DNA of 64,000 nucleotides, from positions 72,726,001 to 72,790,000 of the forward strand of contig OX597816.1 of NCBI GenBank assembly GCA_951406725.2, read 5' to 3'. The translations under genes and the position numbers were made by a program. The stretch is from Octopus vulgaris. Lineage: Eukaryota. Below, piece by piece: positions 28,192-42,548 of the stretch (positions are counted from its first letter, which is position 1; each line of letters starts with the position of its first letter). Under the pieces are notes generated by a model. That model was not told where the DNA came from, made no database searches, and saw only the letters and a program-made list of their open reading frames with translations.

Positions 28192-28392
28192 CATAAAGAG
28201 CAAATCCGTTTTCCGCAATACAGGGAAATCCCTCTCTGTGAACATATAGAAAACTGTGCAGACAACATCAAACCAAATTTCACAGTTTTCCCCTTCTACC
28301 AGTGCAAAGACACAATCTCTCAACTAGGACGTTTAAATAAAGTAACTTTTTTCATTGAAAAATTCAGAACACGTCTTAATATGTACGCATAA
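28192..28392 (+). pseudogene. Penelope-like GIY-YIG endonuclease C-terminal fragment
   Basis: HKEQIRFPQYREIPLCEHIENCA...PNFTVFPFYQC.....GRLNKVTFFIEKFRTRLN fits the PLE endonuclease end H..QI....SEH...C....F..FPFY....R..KE..FI.KF.P.LN. Confidence 0.75.
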
Positions 28393-28670
28393 CCAGCTTT
28401 TATATTGTTACATATTTCAATTCACAAACACATCACTTTACATAAATCCCCTCACTGAACAAGTTTTTCGAAGCCTTTATTTTTTTGTGTACACATATAT
28501 ATTTCCATCCCCTTACTGTTTCCCACAACAACAACAACAATAATAACGATAATCAATTATCTCCTCTTATTTTGCTACTTGTGAATATTATCCACTTGTA
28601 AATATCATCACACAGAAAATGGACAAAAATTTCTTCTTGAGAAAATACATATTCAAATAAGTAAACCATA

Positions 28671-28705
28671 ATATCATGAATAGCGAAAGCGAAACCGGTC
28701 GATAT
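28671..28705 (+). ncRNA. Decayed minimal hammerhead in the 3' UTR of the PLE fragment
   Basis: AUAUC-AUGAAUA-GC(GAAA)GC-GAAA-CCGG-UC-GAUAU; stems intact, C3 and G8 mutated. Confidence 0.65.
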
Positions 28706-28834
28706 ATTAAAAACTATATTAAAACTAAGTAAAGTGTGTGTATTTTCCTTTTTAATTTTTTATATACACAAACACACACACACACACACATATATATATA
28801 TGGATGAATGCATATATGTATGTATCTCTCTCTT

Positions 28835-28881
<47 letters not shown>

Positions 28882-29190
28882 GCTGTACTCGGTCGGCCAT
28901 TTGAGATTCTACATGCAACTGGAATATAGGTCCGTATTTACTTCAGTAAATATGCATCTGTTCTTCAAATTCATTGACCCGACCTTTATACTGTACTATT
29001 TAAGGACTCGATTCATTTGCATCCTCAACTTATGTATATATATATACAAGTTAAATAATGAGGGTAGAAATTAATATTAATTAATCAACATTAATTTAAA
29101 CCGGTGGCCTAGCATACTTAAAAATTCGAAGATATATAAAATATATATATGCATATATACACACGTAAATGTACATACTTCCATCTATAC

Positions 29191-29243
<53 letters not shown>

Positions 29244-29901
29244 TATGTCGGCAGAGGCGGTCATGAAACGTGTACAACAAAAAAATACGAAGTACGAGTA
29301 CATGGAATATGAACTATTTTTTCGAACAACAAAAGACACAAATGGAAACAAAAGACAAGCAACATAAAAAACGGTCCTTCATCAGTTGTTGGTTGTTTTT
29401 CTACTCTCGTATTTCGAGCATTAAACAACAATATACGTTTTTGATAAAACAGTTGCTTCCTCAAAGCAAATTAAATGAAATTTGGGGTTTTGCGGTGGGT
29501 CAAAATTGGTAACACAAACAGGATAGTGAAAACAAACAGGAAGGGCTGTTAAGCCTAAACGAGATTGTGGTGGCGAACGTGTAAATCAAGCGTGGACAAG
29601 AGACACACAAGAACACATCTTCCTTGTTCCAGCTACAATGGAGAGAAAGACACATAAGTTAGAAGAAAGAAAGATGGCCGATGGTAACGTGGGAGCCACG
29701 TGAGCAAGGGAAGAAGAGTGAGGGAGAGAGCGTGACAGAGTAATATGATACAATAGTGGGAGAATAGGAGGTAAACGAGAGAGAAAGAGAGAAAAATGAA
29801 AGAGTAAAAAGATCATACAGAGTGCGCATCAGAATTATTAAGATAAAACTCACTTGGAAGAGGATGCGTGGTGTTCAATCATATAATAATATAAATAATA
29901 T

Positions 29902-30001
<100 letters not shown>

Positions 30002-30298
30002 CACATGCACACACACGCACATATATACTATATGTATGAAATAAATATGCATATGATATAAAATATCTATCAATCTATCTAATATTTATCATATACATTT
30101 GCGCGTGTCTGCGTGTATATGTGTGTATATATGTATGTGTATGTTTGTATTTGTGTGTGGATATATGCGCCACCGTCCACAAATACACACACACACACAC
30201 ACACACACATACACACACATAGATAGCTAAATAGATAAGGACGGAGACCCGGCTATATTTTTATGGATTCAGTGGTTCCGGGTTCGATTCCACTGAGT

Positions 30299-30333
<35 letters not shown>

Positions 30334-30399
30334 GGTCCCGGGTTGATTCGGGGTTAACCACAGTAAGTAAGGTACTCAATACATAGCAGAGTAAAATTA

Positions 30400-30605
<206 letters not shown>

Positions 30606-30960
30606 CATATATATATATATATATACAAACATACATACACACACACATATATATATGCATGTATAAGTGAATGCATGCGTTTTTGATTATCTGTGCATTT
30701 AGCTCCAAACAACGGTCACTTGAAAACAAAAGAGTAATGGATTTTGTGTCAAAGAGCGTAAAGTAACGATTAGACAAAAATAAATCGATACAATAAGCAC
30801 CATACTGATATAAGTACTTGATTGGAGAGTGGGGAGCGGGGTATACGATCGACTAAGTTTCCTTAAAGGAGAGAGGTGGAACCCCAACATGGCCACAGTC
30901 AGGTAAAAACGGAAACCAACAAAAGAACAAAAGAATAAAATATTCATATATATATATACA

Positions 30961-31322
30961 GGTGCAGGAGTGGCTGTGTGGTAAGTAGTTTGCTTTCCAA
31001 CTACATGGTTCTGGGTTCAGTCCCACTGCATGGCACCTTGCGAAAATATAGACTCGGGCTGACCAAAGCTTTGTCAGTGGATTTGGTAGACGGAAACTGA
31101 AAGAAGCCTGTACATGTTTGTGTGTGTGTGTGTGTTTGTCACCCCATCACCATCACTTAACAACCGATGTTGGTGTGTTTACGTCCCTGGTTAAAAAAAA
31201 GACTGATAGAATAAGTACGAGGCTTGTCAAGAATATATGCTGGGGTTGATTTGTTTGACTAAAGGCCGTCCTCCAGCAGCATGGCCGCAGTCAAATGACT
31301 GAAACGAATAAAAGAATAAAAG
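30961..31322 (+). mobile_element. SINE family B copy
   Basis: GGTGCAGGAGTGGCTGTGTGGTAAG head through CAGTCAAATGACTGAAAC tail. Confidence 0.9.
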
Positions 31323-31398
<76 letters not shown>

Positions 31399-31466
31399 TG
31401 TGTGCATATATATGTATATGTGTACATATATATAATGTATGTGCGCATATGTATGTATGTATATAT

Positions 31467-31516
<50 letters not shown>

Positions 31517-31926
31517 TTGTTGCTGTGTGTGAATGCGATTGTGTTGTATGTGTGTGTTTATGATATTTATGTATGTGTATATATGTTTGTGGTTACGTAT
31601 GTATACGCGTGTCTTCTATGCGTGTGTGTATGGAAATAGCGTGTATTTACGTAATGTGACTTTTACCGTGACGCTTTGATTGTGTTTTCGCTTGTAGAGA
31701 CTATTTGAATTGCCTTCCTTAGTGGCGTGACAAAAAAAAAAAAAAAAAAAGGCCGCTGGCTTATTCATTGATTGGCAGATTGATTCTGAAGAGCTTCACT
31801 GCCGCATTGTTCGACGCTTCAAAAGAAACTTGCACCGAAACTGAGCAGCGAAGGTCACGAATATGTTATATGTTACTCATATTCATGCATGAATGCACCC
31901 GAGACACATACACACGCATACACACC

Positions 31927-31969
<43 letters not shown>

Positions 31970-32030
31970 CACACGCACACACTCACATACACGCACACAC
32001 TCTCACACACATATATGCAGTGACCGTCTT

Positions 32031-32147
<117 letters not shown>

Positions 32148-32183
32148 ATGTGTGTGTCTATACGTATGTATGTACGTATATAA

Positions 32184-32247
<64 letters not shown>

Positions 32248-32396
32248 GTATACATTTAGAATATCAAATATTCTGTTGTATAAATTAGCGCATGTCTCTC
32301 TCTTTTCACAAACACGAAGACACACATACACACATACATACACACTCGTACATATATATATACATGCATGTACACAAGCATATATACATCTATGCA

Positions 32397-32448
<52 letters not shown>

Positions 32449-32899
32449 CATACCTATATTGATATATAACGGGAAATAGATGATAGATTTATTACTTATC
32501 ATAAAGATCAAATGCCTTACCAATGGTTATTTTGAATTACTTATAAGCAGATCGATAATTATCCTTTCTTAACCTTCGGCGTACCAGTAATTACAATAAT
32601 CAATTGTTTACAGTCAGTTAACCGGAACAAGATATTTGCTAAGTCATTTCTGTATTTTCTTTTTTCTTCTACTTTTCTATGAAGCCAGTAAAGCCAACCA
32701 GTCTGTCGGCAAGCCTGGCAGTTTAGCCAGTAAAGAAGGCGACCAGACGACCAGTCGACCAGCCGTCCAACCGTCCAGCCGACTAGCCATATGACATGAT
32801 CAGTTTTCTTATTTTCTCCGCCATGTTTTCTAACACATTTGTATCGCTTTCAATGGTTTCAAGGACCATGAATTCGTAATTATTGGTGAGTGAGTTATA

Positions 32900-33235
32900 G
32901 AAGAAGCATGGCTCAGGGGTTAGAGCGTGGGGCTCACAATCTGGAGGTAGTGAGTTCGAATCCCGGATCGGGCTGTCTGTTTTGTTCTTGAGCAAGACAC
33001 TTTATTTCGCGTGGCTCCAGCTCATTCAGCTGTAGAAATTGGTTGCGATGTCCCTGGTGCCAAGCTGTATCGGCCCCTTTGCCTTTCTCTTGGATAACAT
33101 CAGTGGCGTGGAGAGGGGAAGCTGGTATGCAAGGGTGACTACTGGTCTTCCATAAACAATCTTACCCGGGCTTGTGCCTCAGGGGATAATTTTCTAGATG
33201 CAATCTCATGGTCATTCATGACCGAAGGGGTCTTT
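32900..33235 (+). mobile_element. tRNA-derived SINE (family D-type)
   Basis: A box TGGCTCAGGGG, B box GTTCGAATCC, then CTTGAGCAAGACACTTTA shared with the element at 40587. Confidence 0.8.
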
Positions 33236-33577
33236 GTCATTTTTAAAAATAATCTAGTTCAGGGATTCTCAACCGGGGTCCATATAGACTCTGTTGGTCC
33301 ATATAAAATTTTGGGGGTCCACGAATGCAATATAGTAAGTTGAAGATCCACAGTAGCTTTTCAGGGGCCACACAAAATATTTCAACAATTTTTACACAAT
33401 TCCGATAAATTCTTAATCATTCCTAATGATTCTTTGCGTTTTGGGTTCAAATTTCGTCGGGGTCGACTTGTCCTTTAATCCTTCCGGGATTGTTAAAATG
33501 AATACCTATTGAACACTGGGACCGATGTAATCGACTTCTCGCCTCCCTAAAATTGCTAGCCTTGTGCCAAAGATTTG

Positions 33578-33850
33578 GGCATTCTTTTGATATAACTCGA
33601 CAAAATCAAAACACTTCACTTCGAGTATTTCCTTGGAAGCAAATGACAGTTCGAATTCTGATTTCTGCTTGGAAATTTGCGGATTTTACATTCACGCATG
33701 AAACAGGTAAGAACAAATATGCAACGATTTTTTCTTCAAGTTTAAAATGAGACATTGTTGGCATAATCTCGTTATATCTATACTCCACAACCCACGGAAA
33801 TACCCGAAGTGAAATGTTTTGATTTTGTCTAGTTATATCGAAGGAATGCC
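33578..33850. mobile_element. MITE with about 55-bp TIRs inserted in a SINE A tail
   Basis: GGCATTCTTTTGATATAACT...GTATTTCC (33578-33632) is inverted at 33796-33850; AAGATT occurs near both ends. Confidence 0.85.
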
Positions 33851-34226
33851 AAGATTAGAAACCATATCACTAGAAGGTTGAAGCTTCAAATTCATTCATA
33901 ATAAAATGAATTAAAATCATCTAGCGACCATTAAGGCAGCAAATTGACCGATCTACTTGAATGTGGTGTTAAACGCTTTGTGGATATTTGTACCGCCTCA
34001 ATCCGTTCTGAGTTGAAATCGCACTTAGTTCAATATTGGCTTCCATTTTTTCAGGGTCGATAAACAAATTATAAGTCCTGAGTGTTTGATCGAAAGAATT
34101 GTTAACATGTCGGACGAGATACGTTCTGGTATTTTTTTCCGCTTTGCGCTCTTTGAGTTCAAACCTGTCCGTTAAGAAAATGTCTAAATGTCTATTAGAG
34201 ATGAAAGCAATATTTATACTGAGAAG

Positions 34227-34322
34227 TAATGTTTATCGCCACCTAAACGTGGGTGTTCTATAAGAGCAGACGATACTGGGGTTAAATAGCAGTATCGTCT
34301 GCTTAGGTGGCGATAAACATTA
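34227..34322. repeat. 96-bp nested perfect hairpin (20-bp outer and 14-bp inner stems)
   Basis: TAATGTTTATCGCCACCTAA/TTAGGTGGCGATAAACATTA enclosing AGCAGACGATACTG/CAGTATCGTCTGCT. Confidence 0.9.
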
Positions 34323-34379
34323 TTTTTCATTGATTTTGTCTTTAGTCGGAATATTAACTTTATTTTCCACTAAAAACTT

Positions 34380-34770
34380 CACGTCATGTTTAGTAATTCC
34401 GTTTTCATCAAAAATCTTATATTGTGTTTAGAGAGAAAATTTTTTTTAAAAGATATTGTTTTTAGTAAATGTGTAACATTGTGTTTAGTAAAATACTACC
34501 ATTATGTTCAGTTAAAAAAAAATATTGTCTGAGCTTAGTTAAAAAATTTAACATTATGCTCTAACTTTGTATTCATTTGAAAGGCTAACATTCTGTTTAG
34601 TAAAAATAATACTGCTATTGTGATTTTTAGAAAAATGACTTTTGGTTCAATCAAAAACTGATGTGTTTAGTAAAAATAAATAAATAAAAAGACATTGTGT
34701 TCAGTCAAAATATGACATTGTATTTATCAATGAGAGGGAAAAAATCGCCATTGTGTTTAGTAAAATAATC
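34380..34770. repeat. Degenerate minisatellite (ACATTGTGTTTAGTAAAA motif)
   Basis: About 10 diverged copies at irregular spacing. Confidence 0.7.
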
Positions 34771-35920
34771 ATAAGGAATGCATAGAAAAAAATTACAAAT
34801 ATTAATGCGAAATCTAATTCAAGATGTTTTTTTTTATTGTTATATATTTCTAAGTAAACGAGATACTGGAGGGTGAGTGGTAGATCTGTTTCATATACAG
34901 ACAACAACTGTTGAATAATGGCGGCTAATGATAAGAATTAGAATAGATCAAATGTTGGTATCACCATGTTGGGAGGCAATTATATCGAGACGAATAATTG
35001 GCTAGCATTTATTGTATCGTCTGTGGAAGAATTATGGCAAAATTCACAATGCAAATATGTCTGCCGAAAACAAAAATCGTTTTTAACAAAGACATAATGA
35101 TTACCAATTGAGGTTTATTACAAAGTCGAGAAATAGTAATGGTTTTTGCTTCAAGTGACAAAAATGCATTGAAAAGACAACATCTAAAACATGAAAATGT
35201 AAAAAATAAAAAATATAGATTGTATATGTCCGAAAAAAGAACCAGTTACCAGCAATAAAATAGGGCGTTCTACAAATGCTTAAGTCCCCTTAAATACAAA
35301 TATAAGTGATTTTTCTTGCAGGAAAATTACAAAGGAAAACTGAGAGTGGAACTACCAAGTTGCAGAGTGCTAGCTATTATTTTAGATTTACCGAATCTCA
35401 GTGTTGGGTTTTCTGCTCCTTTTCAAGAGGTAGATGACTGCTTGACCGAAAAGGAAATTCCCTGTAGTCGGTCTTCGTAACCATGCCAACAATAATACTT
35501 TCCTTTGATTGTCACCAATCAGAAGAATATCTGATTTAATAATTTGAAGATATTTAAGCCAACTAAATTCAGTGGCACTAAATTCAGTAGGAATTTATTA
35601 ATGAGAAAAGGTATGGAAATACGTTTTTTTTTATTTGTTTGTTGTTGTTTTTTATACAATGGTTGTGTGAATATGCTTATGGTATTAGCGTTAATTTGCT
35701 TTCTGTTGAGTTATTTTTTCACCAAAGTTAATTGTATCGGTCGGTATTTTCTTGGTGATTCAAAGATATTAAGCGCATATGTGAAATTGAAGAAGTAGTA
35801 AACGGATTTAGTTGGTATATCTATAAACCGATTTATTACAGCAAACGAAATGGTCCAGAGTGATAATGATGACTACTGCTTAAATTTATAAAAGAAACAA
35901 TATGCAATAAAGAGACTTAC

Positions 35921-35965
35921 TTAGAGCTCCGATGTAGGCTTGTATAGGGTTTCTCCATCTTACAG
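35921..35965 (-). CDS. Candidate 45-nt internal exon
   Basis: Minus strand: CTAAT branch point, TTCACACTTCATCCAG acceptor, 45 nt, GTAAGT donor; phase-1 reading xVRWRNPIQAYIGAL. Confidence 0.3.
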
Positions 35966-37524
35966 CTGGATGAAGTGTGAAATTAGATTTGTGATTATGT
36001 ATATGGCACGTGTGTTAATTTTGATGTAGTGGAGCAAGGATAATTGTAATGAATTTTGGAAATTGCATCATAATATAAGTTTGTAATACATATACCTCTG
36101 AACTTCTTAAATAATTTTTGTTTTAAGAGGCGAGCTGGCAGAATTGCTAGCACGCCGGACAAAATGCTCAACGGTTTTTCTTCTGGTTTCACGTTCCAAG
36201 TTCAAATTCCTCGGAGGCCGACTTTACCTTTCAACCTTTCGATGTCGGTAATATAAGAACCAGTTGAGGCCCGACCCTCAACCCTTAAAATTTCAGGCCT
36301 TATGGTTAGAGTAGAAAGAAAAAAATTCTTTGCTTTATCGTATTTAACGAAGAAACTGTTGTTCTTTCGAGCAGTTCTCTTTCTGTGTAGATCAGCAGGG
36401 AAGTTATCCTCATATTATATTATGAATTTTAGGACCTTACCATATATTTCTCTCCTGTTCTTCCCCTGTCCCTAACTGTTTGTTTTTCTCTCTGCCTACT
36501 TGCCGATCAGTATTCTTATTCTGTTTCTTGATCTTTAGTAATTTATTTACCTTACAGCTTTGAATAAAATGAAAATTGCCCACTTTGCAATTTTTTAACA
36601 AATGTAAAAGTCATCACAAAAGTCCTTAACTTTTGATGACGTCTACTTCCTATATAAAAACGCTAGCCAGGTAAAGGTTTATCACTGGTTGAACAAGACG
36701 GTAGGCGAAACTTGATAAACGGTTCAACTTGACCTTCATAACAAATGTGATTCCACTCTCAGTATAGAATAGCTCCGTAAATAAATGTGAAGTTGCTATG
36801 CTTCAAATTGCATTAAAATAACCAACCTAATAACCCTGTTTTAACACTTTATACATAATGCAAGTTCACAACTAATAAACATGTGTGAGTATATATAATT
36901 ATATTGAGTGCCATTACACGAAGCACTAGGTCTTTTTGTCTCTTATGAAGCTCCACATATAATAAATAAGGGAAATTATTAACACTTTTAATGAGATGAG
37001 TTATTTCTCTAACTGTGCCTCAAAATGTGCACTTATGTGTGTGTGTCTGTGTCTGTGAGTGTATGTGTGCATACGTGTGAACACACCTGTACACACACAC
37101 AGATATATATATATATAAATATATATATAAAGGCGGAGCTCCAGCATGGCCACAATCAAATGACGCACACACGCACACGTCAAGGTCACCAGTCCCCATC
37201 CACACGCATATACACGCTCTCACATACACACGCACTCAACCTTCGTTTTGGGATCACCACTACTTTATTATCTCCCCTTCTTCCTAGCTCTCCTGTGTGA
37301 CTCCTCTGTCTGGCATTCGCCATGATAGATCGTTATCCACTGAACTTTTTTTATTTACTCTCCCTGTTTATTTCTGTGTTCCTTTCTGTCGAAGAGCCCA
37401 TGTTCGAAGCGTAAAAGATTTTCTCACTTCCCGAGCGTTGAAGTAATACATCTGTTTGTTGTTTACACACCCGTTTTCGCATTTTTTTGGTAAATTCTCA
37501 CTATATACTTACATACATACATAC

Positions 37525-37590
<66 letters not shown>

Positions 37591-38269
37591 GCACATATAC
37601 ACGCACATGCATGCATACATACATACGTACATACATACGTACGTACATACATGCGTACATACATACATACATACATACATACATACGTACGTATCTACAT
37701 ACATACGTACATGCATACATACGTACATACATACATACATACATACATACATACATACATACGTACATACATACATACATACATAGTACATACATACATA
37801 CATACGTACATGCATACGTATGTGCATACATACGTACGTGCATACATATGTACATACATACGTACATACATACATACATACGTACATACATTCATAAACA
37901 CATGGGTGCATACGTACGTACATGCAATCATACTTGCATATATGTGTGCATTTACATAAATATCTGATTATGGGAAACGAGAATTCAAGGAACAGAGAGA
38001 GAATGACAGACAGACAGATGGAGGGGTGAACAGACTGACAGAAAGCGATTGAGAGGGAAAATAAAGATAGAGAATATAAACTAAAAGGGCAAGAACAACC
38101 TTGTTTAAATGATTACAGATCATTTGTTTAGACTCTCGGCTTTTTCCGCCATTGAAACTTGCCGTTGGTCTTTTCTCTCCATACATCAACCCCCGCAGTT
38201 TCTCGGAAACCACTTAACGAAGGCTTATTTAAACTGGCCTCGCTCTATATTAACTGGTGCACTACTTAC

Positions 38270-38297
38270 TTCCCTCGAGAACACTTCGGTAGGCCAT
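38270..38297 (-). CDS. Candidate first coding exon segment (MAYRSVLEG)
   Basis: GCTATGG start context, GAA/GTAAGT donor, CpG-containing leader downstream of a (GA)n tract; phase matches 35921-35965. Confidence 0.25.
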
Positions 38298-38375
38298 AGC
38301 CTCGCTCGATCGCCTGCTCACCCGCTCACTTCCTTCATTTCCTTCACGCTTTTGTTCTTTGTATACTGTTGGCTG

Positions 38376-38442
<67 letters not shown>

Positions 38443-38592
38443 TTTCTGTATCTTCTTCATCCTATCATTTCCATACAAACGCCATCTTGCAACTCCTCCT
38501 TTCCTTCTCCATCCACTTTCTCTTCTTTCTTATAATACCTCCTCATCGTTATTATCAGCGTCGCCATCACCATCACCATCCTTCTTCTTCTT

Positions 38593-38623
<31 letters not shown>

Positions 38624-38828
38624 TTATTATTATTATTATTATTATTAATATCATTATTATTGTTGTTCATATTCATCTGCTCCTTATTCTGCTTGCTCCT
38701 TATTCATTCGTTCTCCTTCAAACTCCTCTCTGCATCAGAAATTGCAAAATGTTTGGGACACTTCACCAAGATATTTATCATGCTTCAGCGAAGCTGAATT
38801 CTTGTTGATTATATCGCTTACACACACA

Positions 38829-38921
<93 letters not shown>

Positions 38922-39669
38922 ACATGTAGAAATACCCATGTATGGAAACGTAGTCACACACCAACTCACACTTATAAGCATTAATGTGTAATGTGTATGC
39001 ATGCATGTATGTATGTATATATATATATATATATATACTTATATATATGTATGTATATATTTGCTCACACATGTACGTATACTTGCATATTTTTGTATGT
39101 GTATACATGTATATATGTATATGTGCGTGCGTGTGTGTGTGTGTATGTATGTGGGTGCGGGTGTAATTATGCATGTACCTATAAATTATGTATATATATA
39201 CATGTGTGCATATTTATATCTATCTGTACGAGGCAGTGCGTCTCGGTAATTCGGTCGCCATGACAGTTTGAGGTGTTAATCAGCCTGACTCTAAAGACCA
39301 TCTGTTGTGATTGAGTTGAGTGTTATTTTAAGGGGTGTTTAATTGAGGCAAGTTGGCGTAAACAGTTTGATTGTGTGATGGCAGAGGTGAGCAGAGAGGA
39401 ACTTCTTGTTACGGTTGTTAATTTATGTTGTATTGGTAGTGCTTCACACGATGGAGTAGGTGGTGATTGGGTTGGTAGTAGTGGGGGTGCGTTCTCGGGA
39501 CAGCAATTTTGATTGTGGTGTACATGTAAGCATATATCATGTCTAAGCCTGGTACTTATTCTATCGGTCTCTTTTGCCGAACTGCTAAGTTACGCAGACG
39601 TAAATACATCAGCATCAGTCGTCAAGCGATGCTGGAGGGACAAACGCAGACACACAAACATGTACACAC

Positions 39670-39764
<95 letters not shown>

Positions 39765-39766
39765 GT

Positions 39767-40077
39767 GGAGGCGCAATGGCCTAATGGTTAGGGCAGCGAA
39801 CTCGCGGTCGTAGGATCGCGGTTTCGATTCCTAGACCGGGCGTTGTGAGTGTTTATTGAGCGAAAACACCTAAAGCTCCACGAGGCTCCGGCAGGGGGTG
39901 GTGGCGATCCCTGCTGTACTCTTTCACCGCAACTTTCTCTCACTCTTTCTTCTGTTGGCCTGCTCGCTTAGCCAGCGGGGTGGCGTCATTTGAAGGCTAA
40001 AACAATGCGAAGCGCATTGTGACCAGCGATGTGTAACAACATCTGATGGCCTGGTCGGGCACGGTGATCACGGTGAT
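39767..40077 (+). mobile_element. tRNA-derived SINE family C, full length, in (TA)n
   Basis: A box TGGCCTAATGG, B box GTTTCGATTCC, tail CACGGTGAT repeats; 3' part repeated at 2613. Confidence 0.88.
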
Positions 40078-40538
40078 ATATATACATACATACATGCATA
40101 TATGTATGTTTATGTATGTATATGTATATGTATATATGTGTGTATATATATATATATATATACATATATATGTATATGTATATGCGGTTGCATACACTTT
40201 AGTTACTGACTGTAAAATTGAATACTCTACACAGAGAAGGCGGAATTCTCTTTAGTAGAGTTTCTGATAATTTCTTGGTACCCCAGGTTTCCTGTCGGTA
40301 GAGATCAGTATTATTGCAAGCATAATTCAGGAACTCAAATGACATTGAACCAGTGATGGTACAAGACTGTGACAGAGTTTACACATTTCTCAACAGATTA
40401 ATGTGATCAATTTATGCACAGATGGTTTTGTGGAGAGACATAGTATTTACATCCTTTCAGACATACATGTTAGTATAACAAAACCAATATCACCAATGCC
40501 TCGTAAAATGTGTGTGTGTGTGTCTGTGAGTGAGTATT

Positions 40539-40586
<48 letters not shown>

Positions 40587-40589
<3 letters not shown>

Positions 40590-40902
40590 GCGTGGCTTAG
40601 TGGTTAAGGTATTCATCTCACGCTCGTAAGTTCGTGAGTTCGATTCCCGGCAGCTAGTTGTGTCCTTGAGTAAGACACTTTATATCACATTGCTCCAGTC
40701 CACTCAGCTGGCAAAAATGAGTTGTACCTGTATTTCAAAGGACCAGCTTTGTCACATTCTGTGTCACACTGAATATATCTAAGGACTTCGTTGAGGGTAC
40801 ACGTGTCTGTGGTATGCTCAGACACTTGCACGTTAATTTCACGAACAGGCCGTTCCGTTGATCCGGTCAACTGGAACCCCCGTCATTGTAACCGACGGAG
40901 TG
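40587..40902 (+). mobile_element. tRNA-derived SINE family D
   Basis: A box TGGCTTAGTGG, B box GTTCGATTCC, GTTGTGTCCTTGAGTAAGACACTT. Confidence 0.85.
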
Positions 40903-41358
40903 TCAGTTATATACGTAAGCGTATATATTTGTATGTTCGTTCATAGGGAGGTTGATATATAGACAGATAGATCTCGGTGTGGGAAGAGGAGAGTGTAAAT
41001 TAGAATATGGGGGAGGAGAGGCATACAAATGACAGTTTGCAAAAAAAGAGTGTGGAAGAGAGAAAATAAAATTATGTAACGAGTTGAAACATGATGGGAA
41101 ATTCTAAATAACTTCGATTCGGTTTGTTTGGCAGAAGGAGGTTGAATTATTATTTACACTCGTGGAAGTCTGTGGAAATCTTGGTTTTGTAAAACCAGGG
41201 TTGAACCAAGGAAATTAAATTATTTTAATCAGTGGCTTTTGCCTTTCTCTTAAGATCGAGCAGGGGAAAATTATAGAATCATTTTATAATTTGTATTTAT
41301 AAAGTAAATGTAAATTAGTATGAAGTCCAAAATGAGTGATTGCAGATGTAAATAATGC

Positions 41359-41590
41359 AAAGAATCTTTAAAAAAATGGAAGAGATTGTAAAACATTGAG
41401 AAAAATCTTACAATGGAAAAACACTTACATTGGAAAGAACCTTAAGACAATGAAAATGATCGTAAAACAATGAAAAAGATTATAAAACTATGGAAAGAAA
41501 TTTTAAACAATGGAAATAATTTGAAAATAATGGAAAGGATCTTAGAACAATAGAAAGAATCTTAAAGCATGGAAAGGATCTTAAAATAAC
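41359..41590. repeat. Degenerate minisatellite, about 20-bp unit (GAAAGAATCTTAAAACAATG)
   Basis: About 11 consecutive diverged units. Confidence 0.75.
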
Positions 41591-42332
41591 GCAAAAGCCC
41601 ATAGAATATAGAATGTGGTAAACGTTGCGTCTAAAATTTGATGCAAGGATAAATAAAATAGAATTGGTTCTAAGAAGAAAACATAGAGGTAGATTATGGT
41701 ATATGCCAAATCTGAGATGCTTTGATAATAGAAAATAGAAGACAAAAGGAGCAAAAGAAAAATGAGAAATAAACAACAGAAAACAGAATCAATGCTTGCA
41801 ACAAAACTACAAGAAATTGATTGAGGCATATGGGATATTTACGAAGAGGAAAACCATATGAAACCCAGCTAATAACTAAACTGCTTGCAGGGGGTTAAAG
41901 AGAAGCAAGCGTGGAATTTTGATGGTGATATGAAAGCAGTATTCGGTGATAAATCATGATTCTGCATTGGGAAGGAACATAATGTTTGAATTTTGTTTCT
42001 AAAACAGTTTCAATGAAGATGATTATTTGAAGAAAACAACCAAATTTTTTCGCTACTGCATATCTAAATGGCCATCATCATCCAAACTGTTCAATGAACA
42101 TCGTCTGAAATAATTTGGTGCACTTTTCCTATCCAATCGATCAAAAATAATTGTTAAAGATTATAAAACATCCTGTCATTGAGTCGATATGATTTTTCTG
42201 AAGAAACTTTTCCTCAATCTTAGTTTCATAAGTCTTTATAATGCTTAAGAATAATGGAACTCTTCTTGAAGGAAGTTGTATCAACTCAGTGGCATGACCA
42301 ACAAGCAGTCCGAATATTAATGTGAATTGTGA

Positions 42333-42548
42333 GGCGGCGAGATGGCAGAATCGTTAGCACGCCGGGTAAATCGCTAAGCTGCATCTCATTCATCTTTACG
42401 TTCTGAGTTCAGATTCCACCGAGGTCGACTTTGCCTGTCATTCTTTCGGGGTTGATAAAATAAGTACCAGTTGAAGAGATTGGGTTCGATGTAATCAACT
42501 CACCCACTTCCACGAATTTCTGGCCTTCTGCCAAAATTTGAAACCAAT
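42333..42548 (+). mobile_element. SINE family A, diverged copy
   Basis: GGCGGCGAGATGGCAGAA head, central domain, alternative GCCAAAATTTGAAACC tail. Confidence 0.85.

Noticed and set aside
29001-29032. Further very decayed hammerhead-like strings (also near 26660, 44323 and 45315)
   Set aside because: Too many core or stem defects to support individually
33260-33370. hAT-like left end CAGGGATTCTCAACC
   Set aside because: No matching right TIR or TSD was found, so boundaries cannot be given
35322-35429. Plus-strand 108-nt open exon-like segment (also 43876-43983)
   Set aside because: Weak donor and no recognisable peptide for the first; the second has stops in all three frames
39767-39840. 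tRNA genes (also heads at 32900, 40587, 43523 and 57473)
   Set aside because: A and B boxes are present, but there is no complete cloverleaf and each continues into a repeated SINE body
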